From NCBI RefSeq assembly GCF_009914755.1, contig NC_060928.1: a stretch of 64,000 bases of DNA. One strand, written 5' to 3'. Positions within the stretch are counted from its first letter, which is position 1. Each line of letters begins with the position of its first letter. Source of the DNA: the human T2T-CHM13v2.0 reference genome, Homo sapiens. Below, one piece after another: positions 16,785 through 32,628 of the stretch. The translations under genes were made by a program, and so were the position numbers. The notes under the pieces were generated by a model, which was given only the letters and a program-made list of their open reading frames with translations, made no database searches and had not been told where the DNA came from.

Positions 16785-16923
16785 CTATGAGGCAAGATGT
16801 GAAAGTCTGCTTATAATGAGCAGGAGACTGAAAAACAGCTGGTATGTGAATTTGCCTTTGGGGAAGATAAGCAGATTTTATTTTCTGCCCACTTGGAAAG
16901 CACAGCTCAGAGCCACTTATCTC
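16785..16923 (-). CDS. ZGRF1: ZGRF1 exon 13 (EISGSELCFP...FTSCLI)
   Basis: 139 nt, phase 0-1, ttgcag|GAG and TAG|gtatgg. Confidence 0.94.
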
Positions 16924-17339
16924 CTGCAATGGAATAATTCAAGTTATCATAGCAACTCCAGAAAAATACTGTTTACTAAAGAGTAAATTATTTTTCATAG
17001 ACATTTTTTAAAAATATTAATTTTTCTTTTGATTTCTAGGATCCTTGAAAATTACTTTCAAATTTTAAATGAGAAACCAAATATAGCAAGAATAGCTACG
17101 AATGGCAATTTTAACCCTATATAAGAGTAACTTTTCTTATCTGCCCCTTAGTAAGTTTTTATATATTTTTTGCTAGGAAAAAGTTAACTGATGTGAATGG
17201 ATCATTACGTATCTTTATTTCTGGTTATGACTATAATAAGGATTATTCACAATTAACGTGAAATAAGATGCACCTTTACCCTAATGACTTAATCAGCAAA
17301 CACAATTGACAGTCAAAAGTAAAAACAATAATTGTAATG

Positions 17340-17505
17340 GTAGTAGTGATGGAAACAAAAGTAGGAGCTATCACTTATTAAGTACTGATAATTTACCAGA
17401 CACTGCACCAGATACTTTCAAATAAATCATTTCATTCAATGTTCACTACTATTACGAGAGATTTTAAGTAAAGGATGATGTAACTGTAGCTCAGAGTTAG
17501 GATCA
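17340..17505 (-). mobile_element. MIR fragment
   Basis: cacttattaagtac...ccagacactgc...gatgatgtaactgtagctcagag similarity. Confidence 0.55.
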
Positions 17506-17619
17506 AAAAAAGCCATCTGTCCAAATTGCTCCTATGCAGTATATTTTGGTAATTCTTTTGTTGAAATTCAGACAATAACTATTGGAAAAATGCACCACAA
17601 GACCGGTACATTTCCTCAC

Positions 17620-18269
17620 CTGTAAATCCTTTACACTGTAGTTGTAGCAGGTAGACCCTCCTAATACATTTTTAATTTCCTCTGTCTTAGAAGTCTGCTT
17701 TAAATTCAGAGAAAGTACTTTCTTTCTGGAAACCGAATCTTGACTGCTAAAATCCTGCCGCTGTTGATAGAGCATGCCTTTTATCATTTGCAAATGCACA
17801 GAGTCTAAAGAGCTTTCATTGACAGCATCACTCTGTCTTTCACTTGTGTCTCTAAAATGCATCCCAGAAACAGCCTCAGCAAAGAAGCCATCAGTTATTC
17901 TCTTATCAACTCTGTTTGGAGTAGCCACGTTGCATTGGGATGTGTTTTGATATTTCAGCCACTTGCTCTGAGTAGATATATTATTAAGTGAAACATCCCC
18001 TGGATTCACTTCCCTAGATTCTTCAGAGAAAAAGGTTTCATTTTGGTCCTCAGGCTCAATGCTAAACGAAAGAACTGCTGACTTTTCACACAAATTGAGC
18101 ATGGGGGAGCCAGAAGACTCGTATGTGTTAGAGTTGATCATATACGAATGAGAGTCTAAGTCAGGTGGCCCATCAGTACGTGGCAAAGTAATAAGTGGAA
18201 CCTGGGTTCTACTTAATAATGAAAGCCTTTGAAGGTTCTCATTCTCCAGAGAACGGGATTTTTTCATCC
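17620..18269 (-). CDS. ZGRF1: ZGRF1 exon 12 (GMKKSRSLE...YSVKDLQ)
   Basis: 650 nt, phase 1-0, tttcag|GG and CAG|gtgagg; overlaps 254-aa ORF. Confidence 0.95.
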
Positions 18270-20062
18270 CTGAAAGAAAACAGAATGCTGATTAAATAAA
18301 AATGTTCTACTAGTTATCACCTAGGCTCTAGAAAACAGTGGGTATACAAAAGCAAAATGTAGCAACTTGCTCTGAAAAAAAAAATCACATTATTTTATTT
18401 CCTTAAAAAAAATTAATGGTTTTAACCTCAAAAAATAAAGATTTCAAAGCTTAATTCATATATACTGAAACATTCTTAGGGTTGATGAAGTCCCTCTTTT
18501 TCTTCTCCTCCTTTTTTTTTCCTAATTACTAAATTATGTTTATATAGCACTTAACATTTTCAAAGCACTTTAAAGCTAACAACAACAACAAAAATGCATC
18601 ATTCTCATTTTACAAATGAGATTACAAAGGCTTAGCAGTAGCATAACTACTAAGTGGCAGAGTCAGGATAAGAACCTAGACTAGTTTTTTATATCTACTT
18701 TACATTCTTTCCCAGAGACGGAAGCTCATGGTTCATTTATATGACTATGTGATTGTAACTTCCTTTATATATTTTTACACTCATGAATTATCATGTTACC
18801 CTTCAGAGTAAAAAAAGATTTTAGCTTTATTTTGATCTAATGGTGTTTGATAAGAGTATAATTCTGGTAAACTCATGGCAAATTCTGTCTGAAAGAGTTT
18901 AATGATTCCTTCTGTGTGTCAGCAGCTTTAGTGATATATTCCTAAAAATCTAAGAAGCAGTAACTATTTGTTGAATATATAAACAAATGAATAATACTGC
19001 ATCAGAATTATGCAAGCTTATAGTTTTTATCTGACAATACTATGGATTCCTATTTTATAATAATGTGCCTTCCTGACAGAGTTTCTATCTTGTTGGAAAT
19101 ATACTCTGGAGATCATCTGGAAAGTAGCAGAGCAGTAGGTGAGCCAATGAATATTCTTTTATAAAGTGCTATGCTGTAATTCTAACAAGTCGATCAAGTA
19201 ACACTGACAGAAAAGTTAAAAGTCCATTAAAGTAAAAGATTCATGGTATAACTGTGAAAATCATCTACTGTTCACTACCATATCACTTTTTCTTGAATAC
19301 CCACTCCGGTGTATTTGATTCTTCTCTACCTTGTTGCCTTCTACCAACCACACCCATAAAACCTTTTCTAACCCAACTACCAATTCACATTACAGAATTT
19401 TTTGTTATCATCCATCCAAAATCAAAAAACTATCTACAACTCACCCCTCACCCAACATAAATTCAGAATCAGGGGAAGATATATTGATGAGATTATAAGA
19501 AAAGAGAAAAAAAGAAATTTTAGTGAAAGGGATCCTAGAGAATAGTATTATATTCATCAAGAAGCAGAAGCTGACTCATAGTGAAGGGCCAAAATATATG
19601 AAAACCTAGAGTCCTAGGAATGCAAGGGTGGTAGCAGCAGTTGAAGAGTTCAGGATCCCAAAGCAAAAAGAGACACTAAAAGGTTATGCTAAGGTCAACC
19701 AATGGTGTTGATGAGACACTTGCAATGAGTCATTCCTCTGGAACAGGAAAGGGCTGTAAAGGGGTCAGATGCTGGAGTTACAGCTGTGAGAAGAACTGAC
19801 AATGGTAGAAGATACTTTCAGGGGTCTGTGTTGACAAAGTTGGGAGGAGAAACAAGAAGGAACTAGATAGCTAGAAGGGAATATTGTACCTGGAATAGCT
19901 ATCTATGATAGAAAAAGTTCAAAGGAAGAAAGGTTATGGAAAGGCTTCAAGGGATATGACACTGAATCTGGTTCTAAGATATATTTAGTGTAATAATCTC
20001 TCAAATAAAAAACTTCATCTTAAATGAATAGACAGATATTAGAGCAATGTGGTAACGACTAC

Positions 20063-20213
20063 CCTCCAAGTTGAGAAAATGAAGATCATCAGGTAAAGTT
20101 CTTGCTTTCAGGGACGTCTCAGAGAATTCTACCATGAAGTCTTCATCTCTTGAGTTCAAAGAAAAGGTAGAAACAGGGCTCAATGTAGAGATGTTTTCTT
20201 CTGGTGATGTCAC
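20063..20213 (-). CDS. ZGRF1: ZGRF1 exon 11 (VTSPEENIST...LHFLNLE)
   Basis: 151 nt, phase 0-1, tatag|GTG and GAGG|gtagtc; overlaps ORF 20001-20213. Confidence 0.92.
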
Positions 20214-20982
20214 CTATACAGAAAGAAGAATCAAAACTACAGACCAAAATCTTCTGATTTTTTTCTTTAGTTTGAATGAATTCTAGTAATCTATATTATA
20301 AAAATAATGATTTAAAGCACATTATGTAGAGCTATGGTGGGGGCAACAACTATAAAACTTCTTCCAAAAAGGACAGAATAAACTTACTAAAATCAACAAG
20401 AATAACAGTAAAATACAGAGCATAAAATCTTTCAGATTTACTTGAAGTGGGTCAGATTTTGATTTGGACTGGTCTGGGTTATTAGGCTTTGGTCCTGAAG
20501 ATCAACTGCCATTCTAAGGGGCTCAGGCCAAATTAGACCTCATGTTTACAGCTGTGAAGGTCTAAATCCCTGCAAACTCAAGGACTGAACAGTTTTCTCT
20601 TATGTCCTCAAGTCCATAGTTGATCTAAACTTCAAGACATTGCTCCCAAATGAAGTGAACTTGTTAAATACATGCCAGCTATACAGTTCATATGTTATTC
20701 TTGTTAGAACAGCATTTAATTTTGCTGCTGCTTCTTCCAGAAATTAATCATCTTAAAATCTAATATGATGATCAAATATATACACAATATATATATTTGT
20801 ATAAGCACAGAATAAAAGAATAAAATTTGGAAGAATACATACCAAATTGTTAGAGTGGCTTTTGATGGGAGTGGAATTGGGGGAAAAGCTCTTTTACTTA
20901 TAACTTCATACTCTTGTAAATGATTTGAACTTGTTAAAATGATTATGTTAGTGACTGTATATTTTCCTTAATAAATGACAAG

Positions 20983-21281
20983 AGCCAGGCGCAGTGGCTC
21001 ACTCCTGTAATCCCAGCACTTTGGGAGGCTGAGGCGGGTGGATCACCTGAGGTCAGGAGTTCGAGACCAGGATGGGCAACACAGTGAAACCCCATCTCTA
21101 CTAAAATACAAAAAATTAGCCGGACATGGTGGCATGTGCCTGTAATCCCAGTTACTCATGAGGCTGAGACAGGGGAACCACTTGAACCTGGGAGGCGAGG
21201 TTGCAGTGAGCCGAGATCACGCCATTACACTCCAGCCTAGGCAACAGAGCAAGACTCCTTCTCAAAAAAAAAAAAAAAAAA
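20983..21281 (+). mobile_element. Alu (S type)
   Basis: Dimeric Alu, poly(A). Confidence 0.95.
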
Positions 21282-21729
21282 GACAATAAAGATTCAAAGT
21301 TTATAAGCTTATATATATATTTTACAACATTTTCTTGATTGGCTACTGGGTTCTGGGTGCTGTGCTAGGAAACAAAGATGTGAAAAAATACTCATGATCC
21401 CTGGACTCAAGGAGTTCAGTTCAGTGGAAGACAGACAAATGGGAAATTACAATCATCACTATAAAAATAGTTTTATTATATTTCTGAGTTCTTACTATAT
21501 GCCAACACTATATATTTTAACTTGTTTAATCCTTGTCACAACCATATGAGGTGGGTACTCTTATTTTCCTTATTTTACAACTGGGAGAAGTGAGAAAAAG
21601 AGCAGTTAAGCACTTAAATTTGCTTAATTCATCAAGCTTATAAGGGAGTTCAAATCTAGCCAGTCTAGACTGTATTGCCTCTTTAATAAAAATAACAGTA
21701 ACAGGCAGTACTTACTGAGTACAGTATTC

Positions 21730-22736
<1,007 letters not shown>

Positions 22737-23117
22737 TCATTCACTTTTTAAATGACTCTAAACTAATTCTTACCCTATTTCATTGAAATTGCTCTTGCCA
22801 AGGTCACCACTGACCTCCAAGTTGCTAAATGAAATGGACATATTTCTGTCCTCATTTTATTGGATGTCTCAATAATAATTCACATAACTCTCTCTATCCC
22901 AATTCTTGATACAAATATAACCCATTCTCTTCTCTATGCTCTCTTTAAATGAACCCATCCACTCTTACTGCTTTAAACTTTTCTTTGTGCAAATGACTCC
23001 ACAAATATCTCCTCTAAATCAGACTCATGTACTCAACTTCTTACTTAGCATCTCTATTTGATGGTTTCACAGGTATTATTTATTTATTCTTATGTATTCA
23101 CCAAACCTGCTCCTCCC

Positions 23118-23506
23118 TGCTATGGAGAGAATTATGTACCCACAAAAAATGTATATGTTGAAGCCTTAACCTCCAATGTGATTATATTTGAAGACACAGC
23201 CTTTAGGAGATAACTAGGGTTAAATGAGGTCATAAGAGTGGGGCCCTTACCCAACTGAATTAGTTACCTTACAAAGAGAGACAACAGAGAATTCTCTCTC
23301 TTCAAATGCACACAAGAAAAGGACATGTAAGGACATAGGGAGAAGGCAGCTATCTGTAAGCCATGAAGAGGGGCTCATCAGAAACAGAATTGGCTGGAAC
23401 CTTGATCTTGGACTTCTAGCTTTCAGACTGTGAGAAAATTAATTTCTGTTGTTTAAGCCATCTAGCCTGTGGTATTTTGTTATGGCAACCCTAGCAAACT
23501 AATACA
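23118..23506 (+). mobile_element. MLT1A/B-type MaLR solo LTR
   Basis: TG...CA ends, tgctatgg start, cttgatcttggacttctagc...gcaaactaataca end, 5-bp TSD ctccc/cttcc. Confidence 0.88.
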
Positions 23507-24106
23507 CTTCCCCATCTTGCTTTACTCAATGAAAATTGCCTCAGTCTGCCCAGTTGTTTTTCTTCTCCCTTTCTTTCACCCTACTCCTTACATTTAATCC
23601 AGTAACATCCATGATTCTACCTCCAAGATTTGTCTTAAACCCACCAACTCCACTATACTTTCACTGCCACAATCCCTACTTCAATTCACTATCATCAAAG
23701 CATTCTCTTAACTGGTTTCTCCGCTTCTACCACTGTGTCCATCCAAGCCATCTTCTATATAGCAGCCAGCAAAAACTTTAAAAATATAAATTGAATCATG
23801 TCACTTCATGCTGCATCCTTCAGTGATTTCCCAGTGGCACGCACAATAAAAATCAAAGTTTTGATTTTATTCTGAACCTGGCCTGAAGACTCTATGTCTA
23901 TGTCTGGCCCAGCTGACCTGTCCAGCCTCATTAATTACCATTTTCTGTTTCATTCACCACAATCCAGATACCTTGGCCTTCTTTCACTTCCTCAAACTCA
24001 CTCAACTTTTCAATCTCAGGGAATTTACACATGCTGTTTCTTTGCATGGTATGTTCAGTCCCTCACTGTTGCCAATGCTGGAGAAGCCCTCCTTTATCAC
24101 CCATTT

Positions 24107-24394
24107 TATTATTTATTTATCTATTTATTTTAAGACAGGTCTTGCTCTGTTGCTCAGGCTGGAATGCTCACAGCTCACTACAGCCTTAACCTCCCAGGAT
24201 CAATTGATCGTCCCACCCCCGCCTCCTGAGTAGCTGGCACTACAGTTGTGTGACACCACACCTGGCTAATTTTTAGAGATGGGGATTCCCTGTTGCCCAG
24301 GCTGTTCTCACTTGAACTCCTGGGCTCAAGCAATCCTCCCGCTTTGGCCTCCCTTAGTGCTAAGATTACAGGTGTGAGCCACCGTCCCCAGCCT
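24107..24394 (-). mobile_element. Alu (J type)
   Basis: Antisense Alu, TSD atcacccatt. Confidence 0.93.
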
Positions 24395-24743
24395 AATCAC
24401 CCATTCTAAAGTAGATTCCCTTATAATTTGAGAGTACTTTCACAGATTTCCTACATAGCAATTATCTCAATTTATTTGTTTGTTTGTTTATTCTCCTGAT
24501 TAACATCTCCCTCCCCCTGCTGACCTTTAAGGTCATATCTGGTTTGTCCATCAATCTATACCCAAGTCTTACAAGTCTTCTGACCCACAGAAGGTATTCA
24601 ATAGGTACTTTTGAATTCTTATTTATTCACAAATTTTATATTCAACAGTAAATTTCATAGTCTGTTTTACACATGTCCTGCACATTTCTAACAAATATCA
24701 TTTGTTACTACTGTTGGGACTCTTTTTCTACTATATTTTCTAA

Positions 24744-25167
<424 letters not shown>

Positions 25168-25297
25168 TAATTCTATTTCTTCCTTTATAATTATGCATGT
25201 TTCGTTTCCTGTCATATTTCAAAGATCAAAACATCTTTAAATGACAAAGAAAGCAGTCATCTATGTTTTGTTAGATTTTAACAAAAATTACTCCACA

Positions 25298-25432
25298 GGC
25301 CAGGTGCGGTGGCTCACGCCTGTAATCCCTAGCACTTTGGGAGGCTGAGGCAGGCAGATCACCTGAGGTCAGGAGTTTGAGACCAGCCTGGCCAACATGG
25401 TGAAACCCCATCTCTACTAAAAATATAAAATT
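25298..25432 (+). mobile_element. Alu S left monomer only (right arm missing)
   Basis: Ends at the middle A-rich linker. Confidence 0.9.
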
Positions 25433-26263
25433 CTTATGACTCACATTTTTTTACATTTTAATGTCTTTGAAATAGGGAAACACTTTAAAAGTGATGACAT
25501 TTTTACATCTCTATAGCACAGGCAACAGTTGTGACATAGTTGTCATTGCCTGTACATGTGCAAATGTATGCAAATTAGTCATGCTGTTCATCTTAATAAT
25601 CACTTAAATATGAATTGGTCTGTGCATTGCTAATATCAAACACGTTCTAAGTAATTTTGCTGTTTAAATGTCTTCAAAAGATTATACTATGATTTAGCCC
25701 TGAACAAAAAATTATTATGTTCAAAGAAAGGCAAGAGAACAAAGCAGTGTAATATACAATTAAAAACTGTGCCCAACACAGCATAGTGGCTCACGTCTAT
25801 AAACCCTGCACTTTGGAAGGCGAAGGCAAAAGGATCGCTTGAGGATAGGAGACCAGCCTGGGCAACATAGTGAGAGCCAGTCTCTACAAAACATAAATAT
25901 ATATGTTTGTGTGTATATATGTGTGTGTGTGTGTGTATTTATATATATATCAAAATATATGTATGCCCAAATAAGCTTAAAAGCATTCTTTCAATAAATA
26001 TAACATTAGAAGTCTAAGTGAAGATTAAAAAATTCTGGAGATCCATTTCAAAACAACGTAAGTATACTTAACACTACTGAACTGGTTGAAATAGTAAATT
26101 TTATGATATATGGTTTTCACCACAATAAATATTTTATAATGTTTTTAAAGTCTAGGATAAAAAACATTGTGTAATGTCTAAATGACTACTCTTCTTTCTT
26201 AGTGCTGTATAACAAACTGGTGCTTTTTACAGTAGTAGTATCTCAGAATTTGATAAAAATACA
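25430..26263. mobile_element. Kanga1/MER104-like TcMar-Tc2 DNA transposon fossil, interrupted by Alu monomer (~25770-25895) and (TA)/(TG) repeat
   Basis: cacattttttt acattttaatgtctttgaaataggg...gtgacatagttgtcattgcctg; right TIR tctcagaatttgataaaaatacag. Confidence 0.65.
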
Positions 26264-26894
26264 GAATTTCTTGTAAGTCCAGAGATTGCTACATGCAAGC
26301 AATGTCACGCTTATTCAAAAAAGCACTTATCTGTTTGTAGATCTAATCATTTTGTTTTAGAACATTTTTGTAAACTCAGAATATAAAGCATATAATCATA
26401 ACTGATGTAGATAACAATAACTAGAAATAAAAATAATGGACATAAGTTTCTTTTTCAATATGGAATACCTCTAAATTTTGTTCTCCTCTCAAAATATACA
26501 GAGGATGAGAAACAGAAACTCCATCTTTGATGAAACTAAGAAGCAATGGCAATCCTGAATTACAATACAATATTAAGAAGATGGGGAATAGTATAGACTT
26601 GGCAATATCAAGAAAATCTAACCAAAGCACCTAGTAAAGGAAAGCCCAATAAGAAGTAAACTGATTTGCCCCAATAACCATGGAAGGGCTCAGAAACTGA
26701 AGGCCACAGGTGTTGCTGAAAGTAGGATACAATGGACTAAAATATTTGATAGAAGATTCGAGAAAGAAAATCTAGAAAACACTGGGGGGAAAAGCAACAA
26801 AGAAATATATTTTTTAAAAAGTTTCATAAGACAAGTAGATTTGTATTTACAGGATGAAAAGACCCACTGAGTACAGTGTATTAATGAAACCTGA

Positions 26895-27238
<344 letters not shown>

Positions 27239-27260
27239 AGGAATTTTTTTAAAGTCATTA

Positions 27261-28288
<1,028 letters not shown>

Positions 28289-29107
28289 CTACACTAAGTC
28301 AAACTATCAATCAAGTATGAAAGCAAAAAAAACCATTTTCAACATGCAAAGTCTCCCAAATTTTATCTCCCCTTGCTCCCTTTCTTTGGAGGTATTCAAA
28401 GATGTACTCCAGCATAACAAGAAAGGAGACATGGTGTTCAAGATGTAAGCAACTCATGCTAGGAAGGCAGCAATGGGCATTCTTAAGTTGTCAATTATAC
28501 AGTGCATACTGAAGCAGGCAGATGAAAAACCTGGAAAAGATGCCATAGGAAAATAATGGAACTGACACAGATTATATGAAAAGTATGTGTGAATTCCTGT
28601 ATTAAGGAGTATTTTATACAGCTTTTTGAGGGTATGGAAAAACTTTGCCCCAGTATTCAAAAAACACTAAGCAAATTTTAAAAAGAGACAATTATAAACC
28701 GGAAAAACCCAAAGTTATAAAGGGAAGAAAATGTAATCATAGTATACCAATTGGCTCAGCAGTGAAAATATTAAAACATTTATAATAACGAAAACATTGA
28801 ATATATATTTATCTTAAAGTTATAATATAACTTAATATTATAGGTGCCTGGAAGAATATAAAGGAGGGATTCAGAAACAACTAATTTTACTGTAGCCACT
28901 GTAATCATTAGCTCTTGCTAAAGACAGTGCAAAATCACAATAGTTATTAAAAGCATCAAGGTGCTTTTATTAATTAATAATAAAATAATGTTTTTATTAA
29001 TTAAAAACATTAAGTGAAAAAGAGTTCTGAGCTCCAGAAATCACAAAAAACACTGACAAATCTTATTACATAAATTAAAACATTTAATTTTAGAAAAATC
29101 ATAATCA

Positions 29108-29445
<338 letters not shown>

Positions 29446-29778
29446 TTAATTTTCTTAGTATGTAAAGAGCGAAGAGCTCCTACAAATCAAATATACAAAT
29501 AATATATAGAGAACCTCTATACCAAAACTGTAAAACATTACTGGAAGATATTGCAGCAGATTGAAATAGAGGGAAATATTTTTATAATATTGAAAATTTA
29601 TCAATAACATATTATAAAAATGTTAATTCTGCCCAAAATTGACATGCACAATGGAATTTCATCCAAATTCCCAGCTTGTATGTGTGAAAACCATTAAGCT
29701 AGTTCTAAACATATATGCAAATGTAAAAAAATGAGAAGAATGAGGTGGGAAGATTTAAAGATACATAGGAAGTACATA

Positions 29779-30080
29779 GGCCAGCCACTGTGGCTCACGC
29801 CTACAGTCCCAGCACTTTGGAAGACCAAGGTGAGAGGACTGCTTGAGTCAGGAGTTTGAGACCAGCCTGGCAATATAGCAAGACCCTGTGTCTAAAAAAA
29901 AAAAAAAAAAATTAGCCAGGCATGGTGGTGTGTGCCTACAGTCTCAGCTACTTGGGAGGCTGTGGAGGGAGGATCACTTGAGCCCAGGAGTTTGAAGCTG
30001 CAATGAGCCTGTATAATGCCACTGCACTTCAGCCTGGGTGACACAGTGAGATTCTGTTTAAAAAAAAAGGAAGAAAGAAA
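29779..30080 (+). mobile_element. Alu (J type)
   Basis: Dimeric Alu with expanded middle A run. Confidence 0.92.
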
Positions 30081-30383
30081 GAAAACACATGCTTTGTGAC
30101 TTCTGAAATTGCAGACCAATAAATCAGAAGAGAAACTAATAAGAGACCCTTAATATATGGACCCTTGATTCATGGCAAAGGAATGAAGAAAAGATAGCTT
30201 TTTCAATAAATGGTGCTGGGTCAACTGAATATTCATATGGAGAAAACATGTAACTTTACATAAAATGTACTCAATACATAAAAATCAATTACAGGTAAAC
30301 TGTAGATCAAAATGTGAAATGTAAATTAATAAAGCTTGTACAAGATAATATGAGAGAATATCTTCATGATCTTGAGGTAATGT

Positions 30384-30670
30384 TTTTTTTTCTTTGATAC
30401 AGGATCTCACTCTGTCACCCAGTGTGGTGGCATGATCATGGCTCAAGGCAGCCTCAATCTCCCAGGCTCAAGCAATCCTCCTACCTCAGCCTGCTGGGTA
30501 GCTGGGACTAGAGGCACGCAACATGACACCTACCTAATTTTTAAATTTTTTTTGTAGGGACCGAGTCTCACTATGTTGCCCAGGCTGGTCTTGAATTCCT
30601 TGCCTTAAGTGATCCTCCTGCTTCAGGCTCCTGAAGTGCTGGGATTACAGGTGTGAGTGACCTTGTCATC
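30384..30670 (-). mobile_element. Alu (J type)
   Basis: Antisense Alu match. Confidence 0.9.
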
Positions 30671-30750
30671 CAGAGAAAGATTTCTTAAGATACAAAAGCG
30701 CTAATCGTAAAGGAAACAGCAAATAAATTACATTAAAAATGATAAACTAG

Positions 30751-31457
30751 GGCCAGGTGTGGTGGATCACTCCTGTAATCCCAGTACTTTGGGAGGCCGA
30801 AGCAAGCGGATCACGAGGTCAGGAGTTCGAGTCCTGCCTGGCCAACATGGTGAAACCCCGTCTCTACTAGAAATACAAAAATTAGCTGGCGTGGTGGTGG
30901 GCACCTGTAATCCCAGCTACTTGGGAGGCTGACGCAGGAGAATCACTTGAACCCAGGAGGCGGAGTGTTGGGAACAAGCTGAGTGTTGGGAGGGAAACTG
31001 AGGTAGGGCTTGCATGACTGACATAATGTCCTCTGGAATGTGTGTAGACTTGCTGGCTCCTTGCTTCTAGCCCTCCTAGGCTCCTATTCCCATTATCTCA
31101 AGTAGCAGAACACGTTCCTTATAAATGCTAAACTGTCACAGCTGTAGATCATGTGCCTGCCCTTTTGACCTCCACATTCTCACCACCTGTTTCTCTGTTG
31201 GATTACCAATAAACAGTGTGGGCTCCCAGAGATCGGGGCCTTCGCAGCCTCCATGATCGCGATGGCCACCTGGTCCCAGTTTTACTTCTCATACTGTCTT
31301 TTTCTCAATCCTTTGACTCTGCCAGACTTCATCACCCCTACAACCTGGTGTTGGGTCTGATCACCCCAACAGCAGAGGTTGCAGTGAGGCAAAATCACGC
31401 CACTGCACTCCAGCCTGGGCAACAGAGCAAGACTCCATCTCAAAAAAAAAAAAAAAA
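30751..31457 (+). mobile_element. AluS (Sg-like) split by an LTR at 30965/31372
   Basis: Alu sequence stops at ggaggcggag and resumes gcagaggttgcagtgag; outer TSD aaaaatgataaactagg. Confidence 0.93.
30966..31371 (+). mobile_element. ERVK solo LTR, LTR14-family-like (406 bp)
   Basis: TGTTGGG...CCCAACA inverted ends, TATAAA near 31120, AATAAA near 31208, 6-bp TSD gcggag/gcagag. Confidence 0.85.
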
Positions 31458-31467
31458 TGATAAACTA

Positions 31468-32100
31468 GGCCAGGCGTGGTGGTTCACACCTATAATCCCA
31501 ACACTTTGGGGGGCTGAGGCAGGAAGATCGTTTGAGCCCAGGAGTTCAAAACCAGCAGCAACCTGGTGAAACAACATCTCAAAAAAATTTTAAAAATTAG
31601 CTGGGCAGCCGGGAGTAGTGGCTCATGCCTGTAATCCCAGCACTTTGGGAGGCCGAGGCAGGCAGATCACTTGAGGCTAGGAGTTTGAGAACAACCTGGC
31701 CAACATAGCAAATTGTTAAGCTAGTTCTAAATGTATATGCAACCATACTAAAAATACAAGAAATTAGCCAGGCATGGTGGCGCATGTCTGTAATCCCAGC
31801 TACTCGGGAGGCTGAGGCAGGAGAATTGCTAGAACCCAGGAGGCAGAGGTTTCAGTGAGCTGAGATCACGCCACTGCACTCCAGACTGGGTGACAGAGCA
31901 AGACCTTGTCTAAAAAAAAAAAAAAAATTAGCTGGGCATAGTGGTGGGCACATGTAGTCCCAGCTACTCGAGAGTCTGAGGCAGGAGGATTGCTTGAGTC
32001 CAAGAAGTTGAGGCTGCAGTGAGCCATGTTCATGCACTGCACTCCAGCCTGGGTGACAGAGTTAAGACTCTGTCTCAAAAAACAACAAAAAAAGAAAAAT
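31468..32100 (+). mobile_element. AluJ split by a nested AluS (~31608-31927)
   Basis: Left monomer, full Alu, right monomer; aaaaattagctgggca duplicated. Confidence 0.9.
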
Positions 32101-32227
32101 TTTTGATTCATCAAAGATACCATTAAGAGTGAAAAGGTAAGTAAGGGTCAGGAAAGATATTTGCAAAGCATACAACTGACAATGAGTAGGTATCCAAATT
32201 ATATAAAGAATTCCAGAAAATTTTTTA

Positions 32228-32628
<401 letters not shown>

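Larger units (their letters stand above)
22750..24615 (+). mobile_element. L2 remnant interrupted by MLT1 LTR and Alu
   Basis: gccaaggtcaccactgacctcc and other pyrimidine-rich L2 hallmarks. Confidence 0.65.
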
